NCBI GenBank assembly: GCA_051294375.1
Contig: CM119267.1
Span: 23,460,257-23,524,256, forward strand
Source: Paraspadella gotoi
Taxonomy: Eukaryota > Animalia > Chaetognatha
Length of the DNA: 64,000 nucleotides
Direction: 5' to 3'
A program made the position numbers and the translations under genes. Positions 1-14,953 of this stretch are shown one piece after another. The notes beneath the pieces are model-generated. The model was not told the DNA's origin. It did no database searches and saw nothing but the letters and a program-made list of their open reading frames with translations. The stretch's first letter is position 1, and each line of letters starts with the position of its first letter.

Positions 1-296
1 GGAGGGGGGGCGAGAAATGGCGGGAAATTCGGAAAACCATTACAAAGGATTTATGCCGCCTCCTATCGTCGCGTTTCGTCGTCGTCGTCATCGTCGTCGT
101 CGTCTTCGTCGTCGTCGTCGTCGTCGTCACCGTCGTCGTCGTCTTCGTCGTCGTCGTCGTCGACTCAAAGGACGTGAACTCACAAACGTCGCTTCATTTA
201 GAGAAGTTGAAAAACGTCATATGATGTTGTTGTTGTAGTTGTCGTCGTCGTCGTCATTATCATCATCATCATCATCATCATCATCAACATCTTTAT

Positions 297-325
<29 letters not shown>

Positions 326-327
<2 letters not shown>

Positions 328-604
328 GTCATTTTTCCCATTATTCGCTCCTGATTTCATAAAGTTTGTCCTGACTTCCCTTTGTCCTGACATCCTTTTG
401 TCCTGACATCCCTTTGTCCTGACATCCCTTTGTCCTGATCCGCCGTTGTCGTCCGGATCTTTTTATTGTCATCATCAGCATCGTCATTTTTCCCATTATT
501 CGCTCCTGATTTCATAAAGTTTGTCCTGACATCCCTTTGTCCTGACATCCCTTTGTCCTGATCCGCCGTTGTCGTCCGGATCTTTTTTTGTCATCATCAG
601 CATC
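326..604. repeat. Two ~156-bp direct repeats, each containing 17-bp TTTGTCCTGACATCCCT subrepeats
   Basis: TTCCCATTATTCGCTCCTGATTTCATAAAGTTTGTCCTGAC occurs twice, each time followed by 3-4 17-mers and TCCGCCGTTGTCGTCCGGATC. Confidence 0.85.
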
Positions 605-1019
605 GTCGACGTCTTCGTCGTCATAATTGTCATCGTTATAATTGTCGTCATTACTTTGTCATAATAAGTTTTTTTTTTACTTCGACATCGCATTTGTCAT
701 CTTCGTCTATTTTCTTCTTCGTCTTCGTCTCCATCTTCATCTTTTCCCTTCTCCTTTGTCGTCGTTGTCATNNNNNNNNNNNNNNNNNNNNNNNNNNNNN
801 NNNNNNNNNNNNNNNNNNNNNNNNNNNNNNNNNNNNNNNNNNNNNNNNNNNNNNNNNNNNNNNNNNNNNNNNNNNNNNNNNNNNNNNNNNNNNNNNNNNN
901 NNNNNNNNNNNNNNNNNNNNNNNNNNNNNNNNNNNNNNNNNNNNNNNNNNNNNNNNNNNNNNNNNNNNNNNNNNNNNNNNNNNNNNNNNNNNNNNNNNNN
1001 NNNNNNNNNNNNNNNNNNN

Positions 1020-1540
1020 ATCTTCTCCTTTTTTCTTCATTTTCATCTTCATCTTCATCGTCATCTTCATCGTCATCTTCATCTTCATCTTCATCTTCAT
1101 CTTTTCCCTTCTCCTTTGTCGTCGTTGTCATCGTCTTCGTCTTCAGTCATCGTCCTCATAATTCATCTTCTCCTTTTTTCTTCATCTTCATCTTCATCTT
1201 CATCGTCATCTTCATCTTCATCGTCCTCATAATTCATCTTCTCCTTTTTTCTTCATCTTCATCTTCATCTTCATCGTCATCTTCATCTTCATCGTCCTCA
1301 TAATTCATCTTCTCCTTTTTTCTTCATCTTCATCTTCATCGTCATCTTCATCTTCATCATCCTCATAATTCATCTTCTCCTTTTTTCTTCATCTTCATCT
1401 TCATCTTCATCTTCATCGTCATCTTCATCTTCATCGTCCTCATAATTCATCTTCTCCTTTTTTCTTCATGCTCATCTTCATCTTCATCTTCATCTTCATC
1501 GTCATCTTCATCTTCATCTTCATTGTCATCGTCATCGTCT
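1020..1540. repeat. Compound (TCTTCA)n minisatellite with a ~70-bp higher-order unit
   Basis: Recurrent CCTCATAATTCATCTTCTCCTTTTTTCTTCATCTTC. Confidence 0.85.
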
Positions 1541-1708
1541 TCTAAAAAAGAAGGAAACTTTTGACTTTCGGCTTTGAAACGTCAACTGCGTTATTGTCGT
1601 CGTAGTCTTAAATTACGTTGGCGCTTTGACGTCTATTCTTCGTCGTCGTCGTTTTCGTCGTCGTCGTCGTCGTCGTCGTTATTCGCATCGCTTGGTTCGT
1701 CATCAATA

Positions 1709-1751
<43 letters not shown>

Positions 1752-4700
1752 TGCCTACATTGCTGATGTCGTTGTCGTTTTCATTTGTCGTCGTTGTAAT
1801 CATCATCGTGTTGTTGATATTATNNNNNNNNNNNNNNNNNNNNNNNNNNNNNTGATATTAACGTCGATCTCGTCACTGTCATCGTCGTCGTTTTCGTCGT
1901 CGTTTTCGTCGTCGCTGTCGACTTCGCCGTGTGGTGTCTCTAGGAATAAAGGATGGAGACTAAATATTTAAGGTCGATGAGACACTCATGACTAGTAATA
2001 AGTTACGATGATGAGCGTGTGAAGTTCAAGACGACCATGACATTAACTAATAGATATGGAAAGTTGACAAGTTGATTGAATTTTATGGACTATTGACGAT
2101 AACTGACGATGATGTTTGACGACCGCATGATACGATGACTATGAGGAAAAAAACTGACGAGCGAAAGGATCTTACGCGACGCCAGTTTTCAGGAATGGCT
2201 TGCCATTCCTTAACTTTCATTTTTTAACCACTTCCATTTTCTAGCATCGTGTTATAATGATAGAAACAGCAATGATCTCTCAGTAAGCTCGGCCTAGCCA
2301 CTATTCAAATAACATTGATTTGAAACGCATAAAACCAAAACCATATAATAAAAAAAACCCCGTTACGATGGCCAAACTTAACATATAATGCGATCTGTAT
2401 GAAAAATAGAATCATGATTAATTCAAAGCATTGAAATAACATTGAAAACTGTTGGTTACTTGTTTATAATAAATATCGATTTTTGTTTATATTTCTAAAG
2501 GACTTTTTACAAAAATGGTAAATAAGGATCGACGGACCACGACAAGGAGTTTATGTCCAACTAATTCATCACTTTTCATTTCTTCATCTTCATCCCATAA
2601 CATCGTCAATCCTTCATCTTCATTCGTCGCTCATAATTCACATTCTTCTCCTTTATTCCCCCCCCTCCCCACCCCCACCCAAACTTGTTCATGGAGAAAA
2701 CAATACAAAAATACATTCACGGCGAATAATCTCAATACTAATCAATACATTCAAATCAAGTCATTCTTCAAAAATCATTAACCATTCCTTCATTGTCATC
2801 GTCATCTGTTCTTCTTAACACACCAAGGAAGGAAACTTTTCTCGGACTTCCGGCCCTTAATTTGAAGACGTCAACATGCCCAAAATACTTTGTTTCACCT
2901 TAGTCGTCCTGCATAACGTCCTAAGTTCTTCAGATATATATCACGTGGCGGCTCGGAAATCTTGTGACTGATATCTATTTCTTCAGTTCGTTCCGTCAGA
3001 CAGAAACTGACCCGTTTTCGTCGTCGTCGTCGTTCCGTCGCTCGTTATACGCATCGCTTGGTTCAGGTTATCCATATCAATATCTTTGTCGATCGTTCGT
3101 ACATGGTTTTGTGAACAAAGTCGTAACTTAGTTCGTTTCGTTTCGTTTGCCTACATTGCTGGATGTCGTGTGTTGTCGTTTTGTCTAACTTTTGTCGCAT
3201 ACATGCCTCCATTGTTGTGTTACGACATTAAATGTTAAATTTTCATCATTCGTCTCAGTCTGCGTCGAGCCTATTATATTTGTGTCTTTCATTGCCAATT
3301 TTACTCACATACCCACCGAGTCTGACCCGTCCTCGTCGTCGTCTGTACGTCCGTCTTGATATTATACCCGTGCGATCTCGTCGACTGTTCATCGTTCGTC
3401 GTTCGTGTTTCTGCGTTCACGGGTTTTCGTCGTCGCTGGTATACGAACTTCTCGCCGGACGACCCAAAACACCACAATACTCATGTGGACTGACTTTGTC
3501 TTCTTATGGGGAATACAAGTGATGGAGACTAAATATTTAATAAAATAATAAAAAAAATTAAGCAAAAAGAGAGAGGAGAGAAGAGAGAGATAGAGAGAGA
3601 GAGAGANNNNNNNNNNNNNNNNNNNNNNNNNGAGAGAGAGAGAGAGAGAGAGAGAGACTTTCACCAGCATCACATTGAGGGATTTAAATTTTAAAACCGG
3701 AACTTACGTGTTTACTTGTCCACTGTTTAATTGTCCAAGCTAAACACTTTTAGTACTATGCTGCTATAAGGAAGGCGAATTTTATTAAATTCTCATATCA
3801 TATCATTAATTCATTGTTGTTTAACATTAGTTGAGGTTCATGTAGACCTTGTGAAGATTTTATTGTTTCACTCTCACCCAAGAAGCAGATGGAACAAAAG
3901 GGCAACCAAACGACGCGAGGTTCCGGCCCAGCGACTCTTATTGTAAAAAGCGCCACCTGATGCCGTGGACTCATATGAACGTCGTCAAGTAGATTATGAT
4001 GAGACGTTGATATATGGACGGGGACATAATATGTGTATGACATGTGGCAGAGAGAGAGAGAGAGAGAGAGAGNNNNNNNNNNNNNNNNNNNNNNNNNNNN
4101 NNNNNNNNNNNNNNNNNNNNNNNNNNNNNNNNNNNNNNNNNNNNNNNNNNNNNNNNNNNNNNNNNNNNNNNNNNNNNNNNNNNNNNNNNNNNNNNNNNNN
4201 NNNNNNNNNNNNNNNNNNNNNNNNNNNNNNNNNNNNNNNNNNNNNNNNNNNNNNNNNNNNNNNNNNNNNNNNNNNNNNNNNNNNNNNNNNNNNNNNNNNN
4301 NNNNNNNNNNNNNNNNNNNNNNNNNNNNNNNNNNNNNNNNNNNNNNNNNNNNNNNNNNNNNNNNNNNNNNNNNNNNNNNNNNNNNNNNNNNNNNNNNNNN
4401 NNNNNNNNNNNNNNNNNNNNNNNNNNNNNNNNNNNNNNNNNNNNNNNNNNNNNNNNNNNNNNNNNNNNNNNNNNNNNNNNNNNNNNNNNNNNNNNNNNNN
4501 NNNNNNNNNNNNNNNNNNNNNNNNNNNNNNNNNNNNNNNNNNNNNNNNNNNNNNNNNNNNNNNNNNNNNNNNNNNNNNNNNNNNNNNNNNNNNNNNNNNN
4601 NNNNNNNNNNNNNNNNNNNNNNNNNNNNNNNNNNNNNNNNNNNNNNNNNNNNNNNNNNNNNNNNNNNNNNNNNNNNNNNNNNNNNNNNNNNNNNNNNNNN

Positions 4701-7700
4701 NNNNNNNNNNNNNNNNNNNNNNNNNNNNNNNNNNNNNNNNNNNNNNNNNNNNNNNNNNNNNNNNNNNNNNNNNNNNNNNNNNNNNNNNNNNNNNNNNNNN
4801 NNNNNNNNNNAACAAAAGATATAGAAAGAAAGCAAAAGAAAAGCAAATAAGATTTTTAATCGGACTGATAATAAATATAATTTTGGAAACTATATGATAA
4901 GAGTAATAAAAATGGGAATATCAGCTATATTTTTTAATTAGCGTTAAAAAACACTATGATGACACAATATCATCAAATTGACAGACAAGATTCAAAGGGG
5001 TATAAAAGCAACATAATAACTTGATCTAAATAAATGACATGACTTATAATAACAAACAATTAAGAGTAGAATAGAAAAATACTACCAGCCACATGAGAAA
5101 GCAGACCGGTGGTATAATAGTAGTTTAAAATAGCTATAAATGGACAATTTAAAATAATTAGACTCATTATTAAATCGGCAAGGAAAGAAGGCATAAGAGA
5201 AAAATACAGATAATAGTTTGCCTACCTTTTAAAAACAGATATATTCATGCCATATCTGAGAGAGAGAGAGTCACACAGACAGACGGAACATAAAAGAGAC
5301 AGACGAATAGAGACAGAGACATCGAGATGGAAGCGCATAAAATGAGGGACGCAGCTGAAGAGGCGGANNNNNNNNNNNNNNNNNNNNNNNNNNNNNNNNN
5401 NNNNNNNNNNNNNNNNNNNNNNNNNNNNNNNNNNNNNNNNNNNNNNNNNNNNNNNNNNNNNNNNNNNNNNNNNNNNNNNNNNNNNNNNNNNNNNNNNNNN
5501 NNNNNNNNNNNNNNNNNNNNNNNNNNNNNNNNNNNNNNNNNNNNNNNNNNNNNNNNNNNNNNNNNNNNNNNNNNAAAAGTTTTTTCTGCTCAGAATTTCC
5601 TTATTTTTTTATTTCGCAAATTTTTAAAATTTTCTTTTCAGGATTTTTTATTTTAAAAATTTTGTTTTTAGTTTTCTAAAAGTTATTTTTTTAAATTTAA
5701 AAAAAAATAAAGTTTTCAGTACATGTTTTTTTTTAAATAAATTTTTTTCATATTTTTCATAATTTAGTTTAAAAAATTTTTTTTTCGATTTGTACGACAT
5801 TTCCGTTCACAAATATCAGCCTCCACATCATTTTCACAAACGGTGAACTTACCCTTCGCACTCAGTCGTCATAATTCTCGTCATTCGTTTGCGATAATAA
5901 TTCATCACTGACCCTAAAATCCTCACCTCAATCTTAAACTCGTTCGTTCGTGATCGCCTCTACCACCTGTGAACGCGTCATTCACACGGCAAACCATCCG
6001 TTCACCATCCCTATCACCAACCCTATCACCNNNNNNNNNNNNNNNNNNNNNNNNNNNNNNNNNNNNNNNNNNNNNNNNNNNNNNNNNNNNNNNNNNNNNN
6101 NNNNNNNNNNNNNNNNNNNNNNNNNNNNNNNNNNNNNNNNNNNNNNNNNNNNNNNNNNNNNNNNNNNNNNNNNNNNNNNNNNNNNNNNNNNNNNNNNNNN
6201 NNNNNNNNNNNNNNNNNNNNNNNNNNNNNNTATCACTACCGATATCACCAACTCTATCACTACCGCTATCACCAACTCTATCACTACCGCTATCACCCAA
6301 TCTCAACGATTTTTCTCTCTTTTTTTAACGACGAAATAAAAGTCGTGAGTCTCAATAAATTCCTTTTATATAACAACAACAACAACAACAACAATAACAA
6401 CATCGAACCCGNNNNNNNNNNNNNNNNNNNNNNNNNNNNNNNNNNNNNNNNNNNNNNNNNNNNNNNNNNNNNNNNNNNNNNNNNNNNNNNNNNNNNNNNN
6501 NNNNNNNNNNNNNNNNNNNNNNNNNNNNNATCACTTTTTTTTACTACTCTATTTTCTCTTTTCTTTTCTTTTATCTTTTCTTTTTTCTTTTCTTTTCTCT
6601 TTTCTTTTTTTCTTTCCCTATCTTTTGCCCCAAAAACNNNNNNNNNNTTCTCTTTTCTTTTCTCTTTTCTTTTATCTTTTCTTTTTTCTTTTCTTTTCTT
6701 TTCTCTTTTCTTTTTTTCTTTCCCTAACTTTTGCCCCAAAAACTCTTTTATTTCCNNNNNNNNNNNNNNNNNNNNNNNNNNNNNNNNNNNNNNNNNNNNN
6801 NNNNNNNNNNNNNNNNNNNNNNNNNNNNNNNNNNNNNNNNNNNNNNNNNNNNNNNNNNNNNNNNNNNNNNNNNNNNNNNNNNNNNNNNNNNNNNNNNNNN
6901 NNNNNNNNNNNNNNNNNNNNNNNNNNNNNNNNNNNNNNNNNNNNNNNNNNNNNNNNNNNNNTCCACGAGATGATTTCGCATCCACTTCACATTGCTTCCC
7001 TTCTTCACATCCTCACGTTGTCTTCTCACTCAATCACCGGCTCCTTACTTTCCTTCTTTTTCCTTTCTTTCTTTTCTTTCCTTTTCCCTTTCCCATCTGT
7101 TTACTTTCCCTTATCCCTTCTCCTCTTTCTTTCTTCCATTTAATCTTCCATTTAATCTTCCATTTAATTCCTTCCGCTCTACTCTGCTCTACTTACTTGA
7201 ATCTTCCTCCGCATACATAATCTGCATTAGTCTATGAAGCAGCAAACGAAAGTAAGCTAAAATGCAAACTTTTCTCGAGAGCAAAAAGAAGAATCAAAAG
7301 TATAGTACAAAACAAACCTCTATTTCCGACCATCCTTAAAGAAATTGAAGAAGAGAAGTCACAATCCCACAAATCTCCTCTCACGTTCTGTTATGATGAA
7401 GAAAAAGTCCCTAATAAATGTCAAGTAGAATTCTACGGGTTTTCTTGTGTAGATCATGGTATATCTGTTTAGTACTACTATTTATATTCTCTGAAAAAAG
7501 ATAAAAGACTATTTAGAAATTAGAACCGATTAACTCTAATTGTAGCATTGACTATTGTTGTGGAATTAATAATTTTCCAATCTCGTTTTTCGTTTGATTT
7601 TTAGTAACAAAGCTTTTTACTAAAAGCAGAAAGCGTGCCCAGGGCCGTATCCTAAAGATTCATTCATTCATTCTCTTTCTTTTATCCTTTCCTCANNNNN

Positions 7701-8402
7701 NNNNNNNNNNNNNNNNNNNNNNNNNNNNNNNNNNNNNNNNNNNNNNNNNNNNNNNNNNNNNNNNNNNTCCCCTCTCCCTTCCCCTCTCTCAATCTTACTC
7801 AATCTGCCTCCTTACTTTTTTTTTTAACGTAAGAAAAAAATTAACATATTTATAGTGAAGTTTCCCTTCGGAAGCCGGAGACCTGGTATCCGCTCAGATT
7901 GTCGTCGTCGTCGTTGTTGTTGTTGTGTAAACCGGAAGCAGCAGCAACGACGACGATGACGACGACGACGAAGAGGATGACGACGAAGAAGATGACGACG
8001 ACGACGATGACGATGACGACGAGGATGATGAAGACGACGACGACGATGACAACTGTGACTATGACAACGACGATGACGACGACGACGACGATGACGAAGA
8101 AGAAGACGACGACAACGATCACCATTAGTCTTGTGAAAGTGAANNNNNNNNNNGCGAAGCAAAAAAAAAGTAAAGTTTTGGTGAAAAACAAATTTTCACA
8201 AAAAAATTCTGGAGACGAAAAAATAACGAAAAATATCACCCGAGTTTCACCGAGATCCGTTTGCTACGTACTTTACTGTAGGAAGACGACGATGACGACG
8301 ACGACGACGATCACGAGTTTTCGTTGTTGTTTTCGTCAGAGAAAAAAAAATAGGAACGACTTTGGTTTTATTCTTATATGTCGACATTTTGTCATTGTCA
8401 TC

Positions 8403-8491
<89 letters not shown>

Positions 8492-8634
8492 CCATAATAT
8501 TTCGGCCTGTCCCTTTTTCTTTTCCTTATTTTTAGCAATTTTTCCATTCCATTTTGCTTTATGAGGAGGTAAAAAAAGAATAGTACCATTGTCCTTTCTA
8601 TTTTCTCTCCTCTCTCTTCTCTCTCGTCTCTCTC

Positions 8635-8686
<52 letters not shown>

Positions 8687-9233
8687 GGACCGAAAAAGAA
8701 AGCAAACAAGAACGACAGACCCTCAGACTGACAGTTTCTACTTCAGTGTAAACTGTTTGAGAAATCGCTCTTTGACAACGAAAGGTCGCTAGTTCATGTC
8801 CCAAATACTTTAAACTTTCATAGAGTTTTTCATTTTTCCGTAGATTTAATTTGCCATTTCGTTATTAGCTTGATACAAAATAAAATTGTTAAAACAATAA
8901 CAGAATTGTGGCGGTATATTCACACCGCCTCACGTCCATCTTCTTCCGATGAGAAATCGAAATAAGCCTACGGGCCCACCTTGTTATGACTGTATATAAT
9001 TAATATATTTATTGTCAATTTTTTGGCATCTATTTCAGAACAACGAACCGAGCGACCGATCGAACATGAAGTCTAACTTTTGAGCCAAAAAAAAGGAAAT
9101 TAAAGAAAAAAAATGAAAAAAAGGAAAAGAAAAGGAAAAAAAAGGGAAAAAAAATGGCTGGTGAAAACTGCAAAGTCTACAGTCGACATTCACTCAGGTG
9201 AATCTAAGAAGAAAAGAGTGAAGTGAAGAGGAG

Positions 9234-9285
<52 letters not shown>

Positions 9286-10315
9286 ATAGAAAATAAGCAG
9301 AAAAAGATGGAAAGAAGGACGTTTTGAGGTCAAGAGTCAAGTTTGGCGGGAAATTCGCGTGCGGGAATATCTCTCTCCCTCTCCCTATCTCTATCTCGCT
9401 TTATCACCCTCTTTTTGTGCTTCTCTGTCTCTCTCTCTCTCTTTCTTTTTACCGGAAATGATGGAGAAAAAACCTTAAAGTTTTTTTTTTTCAGCCAATG
9501 AGGAGGAGGAGGAAGAGGAGGAGAAGAATGAGGTAAGAGGTGTTTAGAGCCATAGAGACTAAGAGAATAAGAGAGAGAGAGGGAGAGAGAGACAGAGAGA
9601 GCGAGAGAGAAAGAGAGAGAGAGGGAGAGAGAGAGANNNNNNNNNNNNNNNNNNNNNNNNNNNNNNNNNNNNNNNNNNNNNNNNNNNNNNNNNNNNNNNN
9701 NNNNNNNNNNNNNNNNNNNNNNNNNNNNNNNNNNNNTAGAGGAAGGGAGAAGAGGAGATTTAGTGGGAGAGATTTGGAGAAGAACAATTTGGGAAGGATT
9801 TGGTCAGAGAGGATGTTGGGATAAATGTGCCACTTGTGAGTAGAAATTGTTACTCAGAGAAAAAAAAAAATTAAGAAGGAAGAGAACAAGTTTGAGCAAA
9901 CNNNNNNNNNNNNNNNNNNNNNNNNNNNNNNNNNNNNNNNNNNNNNNNNNNNNNNNNNNNNNNNNNNNNNNNNNNNNNNNNNNNNNNNNNNNNNNNNNNN
10001 NNNNNNNNNNNNNNNNNNNNNNNNNNNNNNNNNNNNNNNNNNNNNNNNNNNNNNNNNNNNNNNNNNNNNNNNNNNNNNNNNNNNNNNNNNNNNNNNNNNN
10101 NNNNNNNNNNNNNNNNNNNNNNNNNNNNNNNNNNNNNNNNNNNNNNNNNNNNNNNNNNNNNNNNNNNNNNNNNNNNNNNNNNNNNNNNNNNNNNNNNNNN
10201 NNNNNTTAATTAATTAGATTCGAAATGTTTGTTTTTAGGTCTTTTCGTCTCTGACCACGACAAAAGCAACGACGATGATGATGGCGACGANNNNNNNNNN
10301 NNNNNNNNNNNNNNN

Positions 10316-10355
<40 letters not shown>

Positions 10356-10514
10356 TCTCTCTCTCACTCTCTCTCTGCTCTCTCTCTCGGTGTCGCGCAA
10401 AAAAAATTCCTAAAATATGATTTATTCTCTGAGAGGTGGAATTCCAAGGGAGGAAAAGGGAGAGAGGAAAAAAAGCGAGAAGGCGAAAATCATTCGGGCG
10501 GAAGAGGGGGGAGT

Positions 10515-10860
10515 TTAGTGGGAGGGAGGGAAAGATTTAGCGGGAGGGAGGGGGAGATTTAGTGGGAGAATGAGGGGGAGATTTAGTGGGGAGGGAGGGG
10601 AAGATTTAGTGGGAGGGAGGGGAAGATTTAGGCGGAAGGGAGGGGGAGATTTAGTGGGAGAAGGGGAAGATTTAGTGGGAGGGAGGAAAGATTTTAGCGG
10701 GAGGGAGGGGGAGATTTAGTTGGATTAAGGGGGAGATTTTATTGGGAAAAAGGGAAGATTTAGAAGGAGAGAGGATTAGATTTTGTGAAAAGAACGGGGA
10801 GATTCAAAGGGATTGAGGGTAGATTTAGAGGAAGGGAGAAGAGGAGATTTAGTGGGAGAG
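10515..10860. repeat. ~20-bp G-rich minisatellite (GATTTAGTGGGAGGGAGGGGA)
   Basis: More than 10 degenerate units. Confidence 0.8.
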
Positions 10861-11773
10861 ATTTGGAGAAGAACAATTTGGGAAGGATTTGGTCAGAGAG
10901 GATGTTGGGATAAATGTGCCACTGTGAGTAGAATTGTTACTCAGAGAAAAAAAAATTAAGAAGGAAGAGAACAAGTTTGAGCAACAAAGTCGGATCTGCC
11001 CACGATCATTAGCGGTAATTTAATTATTTATTAATTAATTCATGTTCATTAATTAATTAGGCAGTTAATTAATTAATTAGATTCGAAAATGTTTTGTTTT
11101 TAGGTCTTTTCGTCTCTGACCACGACACAAAAGCAACGACGATGATGATGGCGACGACGACAATATAAGCCAATAACGAATGTCTTACTTGATTGATTGA
11201 CTGAATAATTAATTAATTGATATTAAAAATTGATTGCTTGAATAATTAATTAATAGATTAAATAAATTTATTGATTAATTGACTGATTAATTAATAGATC
11301 TTGCATTTACATTTTAATATAAAAGAAAAAGAAGAAATAATCAATTAGTGAAACAGTTTTTTTGTTTTTTCTATTTAAACTCATTTTCAATTGCAGGATT
11401 CCATCGAAACTTCACATCCAATCCAATCCATCATCCAATCACGAGTAATTGGATTTTTTTGCTAAGGGGAGTCTGACTGACGGACTGACGCACGCACGGA
11501 CGGGACGGACGGACCAAAGGGAGGACATAATTTTTTTTTGCATAATTATCATAATTCAATGTTCTGACATGAAATAAGTTAATGCCCGACAAGATTGAGG
11601 GGGCGGACCGACGGACCGACAAAGTGGATTATAGAGTCGGGATCAGCTGATAAGCCGACTAAAAACAAATTTTTAACAAAATAAAGAAAAAGAATAAGAA
11701 AAAGGAAATGTTTTTTTAATTATAATTTCTTTTCAAACAGAGAAGTGAACTAACAGACGAAGAAGATCCACAG

Positions 11774-11807
<34 letters not shown>

Positions 11808-11936
11808 GAAGAGACAATAAAGGGAAAAAGAAAGAAAAAAGACGAAAGTAAGCGAGAGAGCGAGAGAAAAACCTTTTCGTTTTCCCCATAATTCTGATCA
11901 GCGATGACGGGAACAAGGAAGAAAGAGAGAGAGAGA

Positions 11937-11984
<48 letters not shown>

Positions 11985-12126
11985 AGAGAGCGAGAGAGAG
12001 AGAGAGAGAGAGAAACTGAGGCGGGAGAAAAAAACACCTTCGGTTAAAGCGACAGGGGAATCTTTTTATTTCAACGAAAACCTTGAAAAAGGTTATTTTT
12101 AAAGTTGTTTTAATAAAAGGAAAATT

Positions 12127-12174
<48 letters not shown>

Positions 12175-12175
12175 G

Positions 12176-12222
<47 letters not shown>

Positions 12223-12784
12223 ATGAGGCGAGAGAAGAAGAATTCCAAGAATTAAAATCAATTGAAACCATAATTTTGTGAATTAATATTTCCAGAGGGA
12301 CAGAGAGATAAAAGATAGAAAAGATAGAAAGAGAGAAATGACAAAAACAGAAAGAAATTAGAAGGAGAGAGTGAGAAATAGAAAGAAAGAAAGAAAGAAA
12401 GAAAGATTAAAAGAAAGAAAGATGGCAAGAGAAAACGATTTACTGACAGAGTGACCGATTTTGAATGAAGAAAAAACGCAAATGAACGACTTTGCGAGAG
12501 AAGCAAAGAACGACATCTGCAATAACAACAACAACAACAACCATAACAACAACGACTAATTTCCTTTGTAGAACCAAAAGAGAATTAAGGACAAACATCA
12601 CATTGTCCATCCATTCCACTCATTCCCCCTTTCGCCCCAACATCTTATGCCTTTCCATCCATCCATCCATCTATCCATCCATCCATCCATCCATCTATCC
12701 ATCCATCCATCCATCCTTCATCTCCTTCAAACACATGACCGTTAACTTCCTGGTTATCGATATGATTATCCTTAATTTTATCAC

Positions 12785-12820
<36 letters not shown>

Positions 12821-12821
12821 G

Positions 12822-12853
<32 letters not shown>

Positions 12854-14953
12854 GTTTTAAAATCAAACACAATTCCTCCCGGCTCTCTTTCCAAAAAGTG
12901 CCCCATTTCAGATTCTAAATCCCGAAACTTAATTTTAACCATAATATTTCACTAATGTCACAATCCCTAACCCTTTACCCTTTACCCTTTACCCTACTAC
13001 AATCCTTATCCCTAATCCCTAACCTATAACCATGACCTAAAATACTTAAAATATAACTTAATTACAAATATAAAAAAGAAACGGGCCGCTCTGGGAAAAT
13101 AAGGCCTTCCTCATTATAACCTCTTTAGTCTTCTATAGGTCATTGCTTACTTATCCCTTCTCTCTCTCCCGTTTGACTCCACCCACAATTCACATCATCA
13201 CATCATCATATCCCCTTTTTTTTTATCACACAATCACAGTTCCTCTTCTTTTCTTCCTTCAATCAACTTCAGCCTCCGACTTCTCAATTTCCCAAACAAC
13301 GACTAACGACGAACCCGCCTTAAATTCGATGACGATGACGACGATGACGACGACGATGACGACGATGAAGTCCGATCCGCCTTAAATTCAAAGGGAGGAC
13401 CACGACGACGATGATGATGATGACGACGAAGAAGATGACGACAACGACGACTAACAACCGACCCGTCTAAAATTCAAAGGAAGGACGACGACGACGACGA
13501 AGAGAGCAACAACGATCACAACGATGACGATCAAAACAACAACAATGACGACTATGACAACGTTAACCGGAGCTTCCACAACGACGAAAAAAACAAAGAC
13601 GACGACAACAATATTAATGATAACAACAACAACAATAATAATAACGATAACAACAACTACAACAAGTAGCGCCATCATTGACTCGTCCGCCGCATCTTGC
13701 GCCAATCATCTAGAGACTCGTCTTAACTTCTCTTCCTCTCTCATTCAACCAATCTCTCCTTTCCCTTCTTTTTTTTAAATTATTCTTCTCGTACACGCTT
13801 TGCTTGCTCAGGTATCGACTATTTTGCTTGTACTTTGCTTGCTTTTTGTTCGTAGAGAAGCTCTAAACCAATTTCAGCTTCGGTTCGATTTGATTAAATT
13901 TTTGGGAACTTTTTTCCCCCTCTAATTCTTAAACTTAATTTTAATATTGATATCTGGCTCTAATCTCTTTTCAAAAGTTTAATACAATCCCTAATCTTAA
14001 CCTAATCCCTAACCAAAACTCTAACAAAATCCCTAACCTTAATCCCTAACCTTAATCCATAACCTTAATCTCCCTAACCTTAAACTCTAACCATTTAACC
14101 CAAAAACAAATTTAATTCTGAATATAAATCAAAATGAATCGCTTTCGAAAAAGAGGGCCAATTATCATTGTCGCCTTTCGATCGTCCGATATTCACTTAC
14201 CCTCGGTTGTTTTTTATTCCAATCTCTCGATTAAACTTACCTTTCACGTCTTTCTCTCGCGCGGTGAGCTCGTTTGATATCACCTCGCTCACAGTCGTCG
14301 TCGTCGTCGTTGTCGTCATCGTGGTCGTCGTCAGCGTCGTCGAACGCGTTAATTGCATTAAGTTTTTCACTTTACATGCTGTTGTTGCTGCAGTTGATAC
14401 TGCTGTTGTTACTGTTGTTAATGTTGATTATGGTTGCCTCTGTCATTGCTTGTTGCTTCTGTTATCAGTATTTTTTTTGGTGTTTTTGTTGCTGCTGTTT
14501 AGTTTCTGCTGCTGTTATCGTTGCTGCTGTTTTTGGTTTTTGGATATGATGTTGTTGTTTCAGTGAGTGTTGTTGTTAGTTCCTGTAGCTGTTGTTGCTC
14601 ATGACGATTTTGCTGTTGTAAGGGTTATTGTTGCTGCTGCGATCGCTCTTGCTGTAATTGTGGCTGCTGTTGTAATCTTTCCTCTTGTTGTTCCGCTGCT
14701 GTTGTCCATGCTGGTGTAATTGTTTGTGACGTTACAGTTGTTGTTGTTGCTATAGTTAAATTAATTATTTCTATTGATATTTATTCTATCTCTGTTTTTG
14801 TTGTTGTTGTCGTTGTTGTCGTTGTTGCCATTTTGATCCCTCTTTCCTTTAAAACGAATCTGATTTTCCAATCAACCTCGTTGATTTTACGACTCGATCG
14901 ATCATCGTCGGCGTCAACAGTTTTATAGCGTCATCATCACATTATTCCTTTTC

